NCBI RefSeq assembly: GCF_000020225.1
Contig: NC_010655.1
Coordinates: 1,650,001-1,682,000 of the forward strand
Source of the DNA: Akkermansia muciniphila ATCC BAA-835
GTDB lineage: Bacteria > Verrucomicrobiota > Verrucomicrobiia > Verrucomicrobiales > Akkermansiaceae
Length of the DNA stretch: 32,000 nucleotides
Reading direction: 5' to 3'
The notes below the pieces were generated by a model. It was not told where the DNA came from and did no database searches. It saw nothing but the letters and a program-made list of their open reading frames with translations. This document shows, in pieces, positions 17,480 to 26,664 of the stretch. The translations under genes were made by a program, and so were the position numbers. Positions within the stretch are counted from its first letter, which is position 1, and each line of letters starts with the position of its first letter.

Positions 17480-19273
17480 CTATTTTTTAGCGGGCAGTTT
17501 CACCTGAATGTGAATGTCGCGCAGCTGACGGTCTTCCGCGGCGGCGGGGGAGTCGCTCATCAGATCCGCTCCCCGGTTGTTTTTCGGGAATGCGATGACT
17601 TCGCGGATGGATTCCGCGTTGCAAATCATCATGACCAGGCGGTCGAGGCCCAGCGCAAGGCCTCCGTGGGGTGGAGCGCCGAAGCTGAAAGCGTCCAGAA
17701 TGTGGCCGAATTGTTCGCGGGCCTGTTCTTCCGTGATGCCGAGCGCCTTGAACATGGCGGACTGCAGGTCGCGTTCATGGATGCGGATGGAACCGCCTCC
17801 CAGCTCCGTGCCGTTGAGCACCACATCGTAGGCCTGCGCGCGAAGGTCTGCGGAGAGTTCCCCGCTGAGCAGTTTTTGTTCGTCTTCCTTGACGGGGCGG
17901 GTAAAGGGGTGGTGGATGGCGACCCAGCGCTGCTCTTCCTCATCCCAGCCCACCAGCGGGAATTCAATAACCCACAGGAAGTCGCGTTCCTTGTTGTCCT
18001 TGAGCAGTTCCATGAATTCGGCGCATTGCAGGCGCACGCGGCCCAGGATATCGCAGGAGGGTTCCCACGGGCCGGCGGCAAAGAGAACGAGGTCTCCTGT
18101 TTCGATGTCCAGGGCTTCCGTGAGTTTTTGTTTTTCTTCGTCGGAAAGGAATTTGGAGATGGGGCTTCTCCAGTCTTCCTCGCGCACCTTGATGTAGGCC
18201 AGGCCTTTGGCTCCGGCTTCCACGGCAGTTTTCGTCAGGGCGTCAATCTGGCCAACGGAGGCGGAACCGAATCCCTTGGCGTTGATGGCCTTGACCACGC
18301 CGCCGTTGCTTACGGCTGAGGCGAATACCTTGAAGCCGCTGTTTTCAAAGATGGAGGAGACGTCCGTTAGCTTCATGCCGAAGCGGCGTTCCGGCTTGTC
18401 GGAACCGTACTGATCCATTGCTTCCTTCCAGGTCATGCGGGGGAAGGGGGTGGGAATGTCCACGCCCAGGGATTCCTTGTACACGCGTTTGAGCAGGCCT
18501 TCCACCAGGTTGTAGATGTCTTCCGGCGTGATGAAGGAAGCTTCAATGTCCACCTGGGTGAATTCCGGCTGGCGGTCCGCGCGCAGGTCTTCGTCACGGA
18601 AGCAGCGGGCAATTTGGAAATAGCGTTCCATGCCGGCTACCATGAGCAGCTGCTTGTATTGCTGCGGGGCCTGGGGCAGCGCGTAGAATTTGCCGGGCGC
18701 CAGGCGGGAGGGCACCAGGAAGTCCCGTGCGCCTTCCGGCGTGGATTTGGAGAGGATGGGCGTCTCAATTTCCAGAAAGCCGTGCTCGTCCAGATAGTCG
18801 CGCGTGGATTTGGTGACGCGGTGGCGGATCTGCATGTTGCGGGCCATGGTCGGGCGGCGCAGGTCCAGAAAGCGGTATTTGAGGCGCAGGTCTTCGTTGG
18901 AGAGGGCCCGATCCAGCTGGAAGGGGAGCACGTCAGCCTTGTTGATGACGTTCAGGGTGTCTGCGGAGACTTCGATTTCCCCGGTGGGGAGGTCCGCATT
19001 GGTCGTGTCCACCGTATCCGTTTTCAGGCGGGCGGCCACGGTGCCGGAAATCTGGATCATGTCTTCGGAGCGGAGCTGCTGGGAGGCTTTCGCCACATCC
19101 TGATTGACTTCCGGGTGAAAGACTACCTGCGTGATGCCGGAGCGGTCGCGCAAGTCGATAAATATGACGCCGCCATGGTCCCGGACGGAATCTACCCAGC
19201 CGATGAGGGTGGTCGGCTTGCCGATGTTCGCAGCGCGCAATTCGCTGCAGGTATGAGTGCGGTATGAGTTCAT
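17480..19273 (-). CDS. aspS: aspartate--tRNA ligase
   Basis: I place the start at the ATG at 19273 (MNSYRTHTCSELR). FRDEDLRADRQPEFTQVD (motif 2), GGGSIRIH and GLDRLVM (motif 3 region) are present. The 13-codon extension in the ORF track would overlap the end of hisS. Confidence 0.96.
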   Translation of the reverse strand: MNSYRTHTCSELRAANIGKPTTLIGWVDSVRDHGGVIFIDLRDRSGITQVVFHPEVNQDVAKASQQLRSEDMIQISGTVAARLKTDTVDTTNADLPTGEIEVSADTLNVINKADVLPFQLDRALSNEDLRLKYRFLDLRRPTMARNMQIRHRVTKSTRDYLDEHGFLEIETPILSKSTPEGARDFLVPSRLAPGKFYALPQAPQQYKQLLMVAGMERYFQIARCFRDEDLRADRQPEFTQVDIEASFITPEDIYNLVEGLLKRVYKESLGVDIPTPFPRMTWKEAMDQYGSDKPERRFGMKLTDVSSIFENSGFKVFASAVSNGGVVKAINAKGFGSASVGQIDALTKTAVEAGAKGLAYIKVREEDWRSPISKFLSDEEKQKLTEALDIETGDLVLFAAGPWEPSCDILGRVRLQCAEFMELLKDNKERDFLWVIEFPLVGWDEEEQRWVAIHHPFTRPVKEDEQKLLSGELSADLRAQAYDVVLNGTELGGGSIRIHERDLQSAMFKALGITEEQAREQFGHILDAFSFGAPPHGGLALGLDRLVMMICNAESIREVIAFPKNNRGADLMSDSPAAAEDRQLRDIHIQVKLPAKK

Positions 19274-19308
19274 CTTTATTGAAAATGGAAGAAGGGGAAA
19301 GAACGGTG

Positions 19309-20583
19309 TCAATTGCTTCCGGTGAGTGAAGCCACGGCGTCAAACAGGTCGTCCATGGCGACGGGGGATGAGGTGCGCGCGCCCAGGTCGCGAAGTTCCA
19401 TGACCGGGAATTCATCTCCCACGATCAAGGCCGCGCGGGCGCCGGATTTGACGGCCTTCTGGAGCTGTCCGTTGACTTTGGTGAGCGTGAGGGGAAGGTC
19501 CACACTGTATCCCTGGTCCCGGAGGGCGGAGACGATGGCAAGAACTTCCGCGCGGCGGCTTTCAGATGCCTGAACCATGAAGATGTCGCAGCCTGCGGAG
19601 GCCAGCGCCGCATCTTTCAGCGCCCTGGCATGGGGCGTCTGTTCAATAAGGTGGGTGATGACGGCATCCCCCATGGCAAAACCGGTTGCCGGCATGTCCA
19701 CTGCGTTGTTGGAAAGGGCGCCTACCAGCGTGTCGTAACGTCCTCCACCGGCTACGGCGCGCAGGCTGCGCTGTGTGTCAAAGATTTCAAAAACCAGACC
19801 GGTGTAGTATGCCAGTCCGCGCACTACGGATAAGTCCAGCTTGACATAGCCGTCCAGCCCGCGGGCCGTCAGGTCTTTCATCAGGATGTCATAGCGTTCG
19901 GACGCTCCGGCGGGCGGGTTTTCAATGAAGGCCACCAGATCGCCGCGGCTGATATGAAAGGCGTCCAGCTTGCGCTGGCATTCTTCCGGGCGGTCACGTT
20001 CAAATTTGTCCACGATGCCGAGGAAAGCGGGAATATCCTGTTCCTGCACGCCGTGTTCCGAAGCAAACCTGATCCAGGCTTCCCGGTCAGAGACGCGCAC
20101 AATGAAGTCGTTTTGCGTAAAGCCCAGTTCCCTCATGCAGTCGATGGCCAGGGCTATCAGTTCGGAATCCGCCCACGCGGAGGCTTCTCCCAGAATATCC
20201 GCATTGAATTGATAAAATTCGCGCAGACGCCCTTTCTGGGGTTTTTCATAACGGAAGCATGAGCCGATTTCAAACCACTTGAGCGGTTTGGTGTATTCGC
20301 GCTGATAAGCGGCTGCGATGCGTCCCAGGGAGGCGGTGAGTTCCGGGCGGATGGTGATGTCCCGGTCCCCCTGGTCCGTGAAGCGGAAGAGCTGGGTGGG
20401 CAGCTCGCCTCCGCTCTTTTTAAGATAAAGCTCCGTGGCTTCCACAGTCGGGCCCTCCCATTCCAGGAATCCGTAACGATGCGCCACCTTCTTCCATGCG
20501 TTGAAAAGATAGTTGCGCACGGCGCAATCCGCCGGTGCAAAATCGCGGAATCCGGGAAGTGGTTGAAAGCGAGCGTCTGGCAT
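19309..20583 (-). CDS. hisS: histidine--tRNA ligase
   Basis: I place the start at the ATG at 20583 (MPDARFQPLPGFRDF). FRYEKPQKGRLREFYQFN (motif 2) and AVAGGGRYD (motif 3) are present. The gene ends 35 nt upstream of the aspS start, which suggests a hisS-aspS operon. Confidence 0.95.
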   Translation of the reverse strand: MPDARFQPLPGFRDFAPADCAVRNYLFNAWKKVAHRYGFLEWEGPTVEATELYLKKSGGELPTQLFRFTDQGDRDITIRPELTASLGRIAAAYQREYTKPLKWFEIGSCFRYEKPQKGRLREFYQFNADILGEASAWADSELIALAIDCMRELGFTQNDFIVRVSDREAWIRFASEHGVQEQDIPAFLGIVDKFERDRPEECQRKLDAFHISRGDLVAFIENPPAGASERYDILMKDLTARGLDGYVKLDLSVVRGLAYYTGLVFEIFDTQRSLRAVAGGGRYDTLVGALSNNAVDMPATGFAMGDAVITHLIEQTPHARALKDAALASAGCDIFMVQASESRRAEVLAIVSALRDQGYSVDLPLTLTKVNGQLQKAVKSGARAALIVGDEFPVMELRDLGARTSSPVAMDDLFDAVASLTGSN

Positions 20584-21072
20584 AACCTGGAAAAAAGGAT
20601 GTTGTCTGAGGACGAAACAGTTTACAGAATTCCTATGCCTTGGCAAGTCCACATGCTTATGATGAAGGAATTTCGGTGGAAACCAGATGAATGACCCTAT
20701 GCAGGAGGATGGGGACGGTTATTCCGGTTTTACATGAAGTGAGGGAAATGGGAAAAGGATTAATTATTGGCGATTTTAGTGTTTTTTATAATGATCCGGA
20801 TTTTTTGCGCGGGCTATGGGGAATGAAGGTTTAAGTGCCTGCGGATTTGTAACCGGATGTCAAACAATGATATTGAACAGCAAGGGGAAATGATAAGAAG
20901 GTGTTCTCAAAAGTTTTTTTGCGTATGGAGCATTTCATCTTTCCCTTTATAGAAAAATATTTTCCTCCCGCTTTAAAAAGAAAACCGGGGCAGTTTTGTT
21001 TGATTTCATAGGAGTATGACGTGAAACGAATGAGTTTTTTTTCTCTTTGGGAATCTAATATCAGTATTGATT

Positions 21073-21813
21073 ATGTGTAAAGAATGTGGATGCGGGGGGG
21101 AGCTCTCCCATGAAAGTCACGGCCACGGCATGGATGTCCATGTTCCGGTGTTGGATGCCAATGACCGGCTGGCAGAGCGCAACAGAGGTTTTTTTGCTGC
21201 AAAAAACCTTTTGGTTATCAATGTTTTTTCTTCTCCGGGGTCAGGAAAGACTTCTCTGTTGCAGAAGACGGCGGAGATGCTCCGCGGCCGTGTGCGCATG
21301 GGGGTTATCGTAGGGGATTTGGCGACGGATAATGATGCGGAACGCCTGAGCCGAGCGGATATCCCCGTGGTGCAGATTACAACGGGCACCATGTGCCATC
21401 TGGACGCCCGCATGATTGCGGAGGCCATGAAGAAAATGCCTCTGGACGATCTCGACGTTTTGATTATTGAGAATGTGGGCAATCTGGTTTGCCCGGCTTC
21501 CTATGACCTGGGGGAAGGCGTGCGCGTGGTGCTGCTTTCCGTGACGGAGGGTGAGGACAAGCCGTTGAAATATCCTCCCATGTTCCATTCTGCGGATGTT
21601 GCCCTGGTGACCAAGTCCGATCTGGCGGATGCCGTGGATTTTAACCGTGACGCCGCCCTGGCCGCGCTGAACAAGGTGGCTCACCATGCGCACGTGATTG
21701 AGGTTTCTTCCAAGACCGGCGAAGGAATGGAGGCCTGGTGCGAGGAGATTGTGGAACGTGCGCGCCGCGCCCGGGAAGGCACGATTCAGCATCATGGCCA
21801 TCACCACCATTGA
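21073..21813 (+). CDS. hypB: hydrogenase nickel-incorporation GTPase HypB
   Basis: The ATG is at 21073. The translation has an N-terminal MCKECGCGG metal-binding motif, the P-loop SSPGSGKTSLL, ENVGNLVCP, and a His-rich C-terminus QHHGHHHH. Confidence 0.93.
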   Translation: MCKECGCGGELSHESHGHGMDVHVPVLDANDRLAERNRGFFAAKNLLVINVFSSPGSGKTSLLQKTAEMLRGRVRMGVIVGDLATDNDAERLSRADIPVVQITTGTMCHLDARMIAEAMKKMPLDDLDVLIIENVGNLVCPASYDLGEGVRVVLLSVTEGEDKPLKYPPMFHSADVALVTKSDLADAVDFNRDAALAALNKVAHHAHVIEVSSKTGEGMEAWCEEIVERARRAREGTIQHHGHHHH

Positions 21814-24121
21814 ACAGGCCGCCGCGGCATTGAAATTTGAGATAGCCGGCATGGTTCAGGGGGTCGGCTTCCGTCCCCATGTGTACCGTTTGGCGGTACG
21901 GCACGGATTGAAAGGGTTTGTGCGCAATACGGAGTCCGGCGTGGAGATTCATGTGGAAGGGGAGCCCGGCGCTCCGGAGCGTTTCTGGACCGCGCTGATG
22001 GACGGCCTGCCGGAGCATGCCCGGGTTTATGGAGTGGAGCGGACCGTATGCGAGCCTGCCGGTTTTGAGGAATTCCGCATTGAGGAAAGCGATTCCACCC
22101 CCGGAGGCGTTCCGGTGATGCTGCCGGATCTGGCTCCGTGCCCAGAGTGCCTGGAAGAAATGCACGACCCGTCTTCCCGCCGGTATCATTATCCGTTTAC
22201 CAACTGCACGCACTGCGGTCCCCGCTATTCCATTATTGAGACAATGCCGTATGACCGAGCGAGAACCAGCATGAAGGGGTTCCGAATGTGTCCGGAGTGC
22301 CGGAGGGAGTACCAGGATGTGGAGGACAGGCGTTTTCACGCACAGCCTATCGGCTGCCCGTCCTGCGGTCCTTCCGTGAAGGTGCTGTTTTCAGATGGTT
22401 CAGAACTGGGGTTCGGCCATGGGTTTGATACCCCCGCGGCACAGGTGGCATGGGTGCTGGCGGACGGTTTGATTGTGGCCCTGCTGGGCGTAGGAGGTTT
22501 TCAATTGCTGGCAGATGCTTCTTCGGAAGCTGCCGTCAGGCGTCTCCGGCGGTTGAAGGAGCGTGACGCCAAGCCTTTTGCCGTGATGGTGCCGGATGTG
22601 GCTGCGGCGGAGAGGCTGTGCCGCCTGTCGGAGGAGGAAAGGCGCCTGCTGACTTCTCCGGCCGCCCCCATTGTACTGGCCCGGGGGGGGAAGGATGTGG
22701 ATCTGGCTCCTTCCGTGTGCATGTTCAGCCGTTTTGTGGGGATAATGCTTCCGTCTTCCCCTCTTCATGCGCTGCTGATGGATGTGTGGGGAAAGCCTCT
22801 GGTGGTGACCAGCGGGAACCTGAGCGGCGAGCCCCTGTGCGTCTCCGTGGAGGAGGGGCTGGAGAAACTGGGCCATGTGGCGGATGTGTTTTTGGTGCAT
22901 GACCGTCCGGTAGTGCGGCCCGTGGACGATTCCGTGGTCCGCGTTACGGACGGCAGGGCCATGATGGTTCGCCGCGCCCGCGGATATGCCCCGCGGCCTG
23001 TGTGGCGCACATCTGCGGCGGCTCCCGACATGCTCGCCTTGGGGGCCGGACTGAAGAATACCATCTGCTGGCTGAAAAGGGGCGTGGCTGTCATGAGCCA
23101 GCATCTCGGTGACCTGAGCAGTGCGGCTTCTCTGAACGCTTTTGAGCGGACGGTGGAGGCGCTGGGCAGAACCCTGGATGCCGTTCCGCAGGTAATTGCC
23201 GTGGACGCCCATCCGGACGGCCCCACTTTTGCCCTTGGCCGGCGTCTGGCGCGGAAGTGGAATGCAACGGTTGTCCCTGTGCAGCATCATCAGGCTCATG
23301 TGCTGGCCTGCGCCGTGGAAAATGAAACGCCGTTTCCCGCTTTGGGCATAGCTTGGGACGGGACGGGGTTCGGTACGGACGGAACGGTATGGGGAGGGGA
23401 ATTTTTTGTGTTGGAGGAAGAGGGTGAGCCGCGCAGGGTGGCCCGCCTCAGGCCGTTTCTTCTTCCTGGTGGGGACGAAGCGGTTCGGGAACCTTCCCGG
23501 TGCGCCTGTTCCCTGGCCCGTCAGATGGGGCCGTGGCGTACGTACGGGCTTGATAAGCGTCTGGAGAGGGGGATGCCTGTGCGGAAACGCGAGGTTCTGG
23601 AGGCGATGATGGCCCGGAATATCCATTGTCCGTCCTCCTCGTCCATGGGGCGGTTGTTTGATGCCGTGGCTTTCTGGTGCGGTTTTGACGGTGCGGCGGG
23701 GTGTGAGGGCCATGCCGCCATGATGCTGGAATCATGGGCCGCGGAAGCTTCCGGGGAAAAAATGCCGGGGGACGCGTATGAATGGGTCATGCATGAAGAA
23801 GGGGGATTGCTGGAACTGGATTGGCGGCCGCTGATGAAGTCTGTGGATGAAGATTTGTTGGAAGGCGTTTCCCGCGGCTGCATCGCCCGCAAGTTTCATG
23901 AGAGCCTGGTGAATCTGGTTTTTGACGTGGCGGAGCGTTTCTGCCTGGATAGGCTGGTGCTGGGCGGCGGATGTTTTCAGAATGCCTTTTTGCTTGAAGG
24001 ACTGGCGGGGATGGCCCAGTCTAGAAGGTGCCAGTTGTCTCTGCCCCAGCGGGTGCCGTGCAATGACGGGGGAATTTCCCTGGGGCAGGTTGCGGCGGTC
24101 GTACGCCAATGGAAAGGATAG
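21794..24121 (+). CDS. hypF: [NiFe]-hydrogenase maturation carbamoyltransferase HypF
   Basis: I place the start at the ATG at 21794 (MAITTIEQ), which overlaps the 3' end of hypB by 20 nt. An acylphosphatase-like VQGVGFRPHVYRLA segment is present. Two zinc-finger pairs are CPECLEE...CTHCGPRYS and CPECRRE...CPSCGP. YrdC-like and Kae1-like regions follow. Confidence 0.95.
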   Translation: MAITTIEQAAAALKFEIAGMVQGVGFRPHVYRLAVRHGLKGFVRNTESGVEIHVEGEPGAPERFWTALMDGLPEHARVYGVERTVCEPAGFEEFRIEESDSTPGGVPVMLPDLAPCPECLEEMHDPSSRRYHYPFTNCTHCGPRYSIIETMPYDRARTSMKGFRMCPECRREYQDVEDRRFHAQPIGCPSCGPSVKVLFSDGSELGFGHGFDTPAAQVAWVLADGLIVALLGVGGFQLLADASSEAAVRRLRRLKERDAKPFAVMVPDVAAAERLCRLSEEERRLLTSPAAPIVLARGGKDVDLAPSVCMFSRFVGIMLPSSPLHALLMDVWGKPLVVTSGNLSGEPLCVSVEEGLEKLGHVADVFLVHDRPVVRPVDDSVVRVTDGRAMMVRRARGYAPRPVWRTSAAAPDMLALGAGLKNTICWLKRGVAVMSQHLGDLSSAASLNAFERTVEALGRTLDAVPQVIAVDAHPDGPTFALGRRLARKWNATVVPVQHHQAHVLACAVENETPFPALGIAWDGTGFGTDGTVWGGEFFVLEEEGEPRRVARLRPFLLPGGDEAVREPSRCACSLARQMGPWRTYGLDKRLERGMPVRKREVLEAMMARNIHCPSSSSMGRLFDAVAFWCGFDGAAGCEGHAAMMLESWAAEASGEKMPGDAYEWVMHEEGGLLELDWRPLMKSVDEDLLEGVSRGCIARKFHESLVNLVFDVAERFCLDRLVLGGGCFQNAFLLEGLAGMAQSRRCQLSLPQRVPCNDGGISLGQVAAVVRQWKG

Positions 24122-24124
24122 AAT

Positions 24125-24367
24125 ATGTGTTTGGCCGTTCCCGGAAAGATTGTGAGCGTCAATGAGACGGACCCTTTGTTCAGATTGGGGGTGGTGGATT
24201 TTGGCGGCGTGACCCGTGAAGTGAACCTGGCCTGTGTGCCGGAAGCCGTGCCGGGGGATTACGTCATCGTTCACGTGGGCATGGCCCTGAGCGTGCTGGA
24301 CGAGGAGACCGCTCTTCAAACCCGCAGGGAAATGAGAGAAATTGTGGAAAATACGGATCCGCTGTAG
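24125..24367 (+). CDS. hypC: hydrogenase assembly chaperone HypC
   Basis: The product is 80 aa with the canonical N-terminus MCLAVPGKIV. It starts 3 nt after the hypF stop. Confidence 0.9.
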   Translation: MCLAVPGKIVSVNETDPLFRLGVVDFGGVTREVNLACVPEAVPGDYVIVHVGMALSVLDEETALQTRREMREIVENTDPL

Positions 24368-24400
24368 GGAGGGGCGTTTTCCGAATTCAATTAATGATTT

Positions 24401-25468
24401 ATGCAGGAGGAAGTTCGGCAGCTGATTGAAGAATTGCGCCACGCTGTGACGCGTCCGTGGGCGGTAATGGAGGTATGCGGAGGCCAGACGCATGCGATTG
24501 CTTCTCTGGGGCTGGAGGAGTTGCTGCCTCCCGGCCTGCGCCTGATTCATGGCCCCGGCTGTCCGGTCTGCGTTACGGCGGTGGAGTTGATTGACCAGGC
24601 CGTGGAATTAAGCCTGAGGCCCGGCGTGGTTTTGTGCAGCTACGGGGATATGATGCGGGTGCCGGGCTCCCGCGGGGATTTGTTTTCCGCCAAGGCCGGG
24701 GGAGGGAACGTGTTTTTGATGTATTCTCCGCTGGAAGCGGTCGCTTATGCCGGAAGCCATCCGGATACGGAAGTGGTGTTTTTCGCCGTAGGTTTTGAGA
24801 CGACGGCCCCGGCTACGGCTCTTGCCCTGCAGCAGGCCCGCATGCTGGGGTATGCCAATTTTTCCGTTCTCTGCGCCCATGTGCTGGTCCCCCCGGCTCT
24901 GGAATGGCTGATGGACCAGGATGAGGGAAGGCCGGACGCTTTTTTGGCTCCCGGCCATGTCTGCGCCGTCACGGGGGAAATGGATTACGTGCGTTTGGCC
25001 GCCCGTTACCGGACGCCCATGGTGGTGACGGGGTTTGAGGCTCCGGACCTGCTCCGCGGCATTCTGATGTGCGTCCGCCAGCTGGAAGCCGGGGAATATG
25101 TAGTGCGGAATGCGTACGGACGTTATGTGAAGCCCGGAGGGAACAGGGCGGCACAGGAAAGAATGAATGAAGTTTTTGAGCCGGAAGACCGCCGTTGGCG
25201 CGGTCTGGGGCTGATTCCCGGCGGCGGCATGAGGCTGCGCCGTGAGTGGAATGACATGGATGCCGTTCTGCGTTTTGAATGCGGAAAGGGGAGGCCGGGA
25301 GCAGATGAAGCTTCCGGATGCCTGGCCGGGCAGGTGCTGAGGGGGCTGATTCGTCCTGGAGAATGCCCTTTTTTCGGATCGTCCTGCACGCCGCTGGCCC
25401 CGCTGGGGGCTCCCATGGTGTCCGGGGAAGGGGCTTGCGCCGCTTATTATCATTATAAAAGAAGTTGA
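24401..25468 (+). CDS. hypD: hydrogenase formation protein HypD
   Basis: MEVCGGQTH, GPGCPVCV and FETTAP motifs are present, and the C-terminal region is Cys-rich. Confidence 0.93.
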   Translation: MQEEVRQLIEELRHAVTRPWAVMEVCGGQTHAIASLGLEELLPPGLRLIHGPGCPVCVTAVELIDQAVELSLRPGVVLCSYGDMMRVPGSRGDLFSAKAGGGNVFLMYSPLEAVAYAGSHPDTEVVFFAVGFETTAPATALALQQARMLGYANFSVLCAHVLVPPALEWLMDQDEGRPDAFLAPGHVCAVTGEMDYVRLAARYRTPMVVTGFEAPDLLRGILMCVRQLEAGEYVVRNAYGRYVKPGGNRAAQERMNEVFEPEDRRWRGLGLIPGGGMRLRREWNDMDAVLRFECGKGRPGADEASGCLAGQVLRGLIRPGECPFFGSSCTPLAPLGAPMVSGEGACAAYYHYKRS

Positions 25469-25472
25469 TGCC

Positions 25473-26507
25473 ATGTTTGAGTGTCCTGTTCCGGAGCCTG
25501 TTTCCGACCGTATCCAGATGGCTCATGGCGGCGGAGGCCGCTTGATGAATGAGCTGATCCGTTCCGTGTTTCTGAGCGCCTTCGGGTGCCCTTCCGGAGG
25601 CGTGCAGAATGACGCCGCCGTATTGGAGATTCCTCCGGGGAGGCTGGCGATGACGACGGACAGCTTTGTGGTGCAGCCTTTGGAGTTTCCCGGCGGCTCC
25701 ATCGGTTCACTGGCGGTGCACGGAACGGTGAATGATCTCGCCATGAGCGGCGCGGAGCCGTTGTATTTGACGGCGGGCTTTATTCTGGAAGAAGGGCTTC
25801 CGCTGGAAGTTCTGGCCCGCGTGGCACAAGATATGGCTGCCGCGGCCCGTGCGGCGGGCGTCCGTATTGTGACGGGGGATACAAAAGTGGTGGAGCGCGG
25901 AAAGGGGGACGGCATTTACATTAATACTGCCGGGGTTGGCATCGTGCGCCATGGGTTGGAGATCAGCCCTTCTTCCGTTCGTCCGGGGGATTCCGTGCTG
26001 CTCAGCGGGGATTTGGGGAGGCACGGCATGACGATTATGAGCCTGCGCGCCGGGCTGTCTTTCGGAGACGGCCTGGAAAGTGATTCCGCTCCGTTGCATG
26101 AATCCGTGGCCGCCGTCATTCGTGCCGGCATTCCCGTGCATTGCCTGCGTGACGTGACCCGCGGCGGGTTGACCGCCACTCTTTCGGAGATTGCGGAATC
26201 TGCTGGCCTGACAGTGAAGCTGAATGAAATGTCCATTCCCGTGCGTGAGGATGTCAGGGCGGCGTGCGGGCTGTTGGGGCTGGACCCTCTTCAAGTGGCC
26301 TGTGAGGGACGTTATCTGGCTGTTCTTCCACGGGAGCATGAGGAAGAGGCCCTGAACCTGATGCGCGGCTGCGGCGTATCTGCCGGAGCCTGCGTCATAG
26401 GCCGGGTGGAGGAATTGGGGACGGCGCCCCTGCTGATGACGGGACTTCTTGGAGTGGAGCGGGTGTTGACGATGCCTTCAGGAATGCAGCTTCCCCGCAT
26501 CTGCTGA
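25473..26507 (+). CDS. hypE: hydrogenase expression/formation protein HypE
   Basis: The architecture is PurM-like (GTVNDLAMSGA, GDTKV). The diagnostic C-terminal PRIC motif is present. It starts 4 nt after hypD. Confidence 0.93.
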   Translation: MFECPVPEPVSDRIQMAHGGGGRLMNELIRSVFLSAFGCPSGGVQNDAAVLEIPPGRLAMTTDSFVVQPLEFPGGSIGSLAVHGTVNDLAMSGAEPLYLTAGFILEEGLPLEVLARVAQDMAAAARAAGVRIVTGDTKVVERGKGDGIYINTAGVGIVRHGLEISPSSVRPGDSVLLSGDLGRHGMTIMSLRAGLSFGDGLESDSAPLHESVAAVIRAGIPVHCLRDVTRGGLTATLSEIAESAGLTVKLNEMSIPVREDVRAACGLLGLDPLQVACEGRYLAVLPREHEEEALNLMRGCGVSAGACVIGRVEELGTAPLLMTGLLGVERVLTMPSGMQLPRIC

Positions 26508-26536
26508 TTCCTGGTGCTGCATGATTGGCGTTTTGT

Positions 26537-26568
26537 GGCAGGGAAGCGGTGGAACCCGCTTCCCTGCC
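26537..26568. terminator. strong hairpin between convergent hypE and the Sel1-repeat gene
   Basis: A perfect 13-bp stem, GGCAGGGAAGCGG / CCGCTTCCCTGCC, encloses a 6-nt loop. Only a weak T tract follows (GGTCCGGTGTTT), so intrinsic-terminator function is plausible but not certain. Confidence 0.5.
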
Positions 26569-26664
26569 GGTCCGGTGTTTCATAGGGGTGCCGGAGCGGC
26601 TCTGTGCGCTTCCGGGGGAAAGCGCAGCCGGCTTGATATGGGGAACTGGTTGTTGGGAGATGGT

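Noticed and set aside
21014-21019. A GTATGA half-site upstream of hypB as a possible NikR operator.
   Set aside because: The NikR operator pattern is GTATGA-N16-TCATAC. The position 16 nt downstream is a T run, so no partner half-site is present.
21698-21793. Upstream extensions of hypF (21698), aspS (to 19312), hisS (to 20652), the KAS gene (12634), the fusion gene (28617) and the Sel1-repeat gene (27822, TTG).
   Set aside because: The extensions overlap neighbouring genes or use non-ATG starts. Conserved N-terminal sequences begin at the internal ATGs chosen in the feature list.
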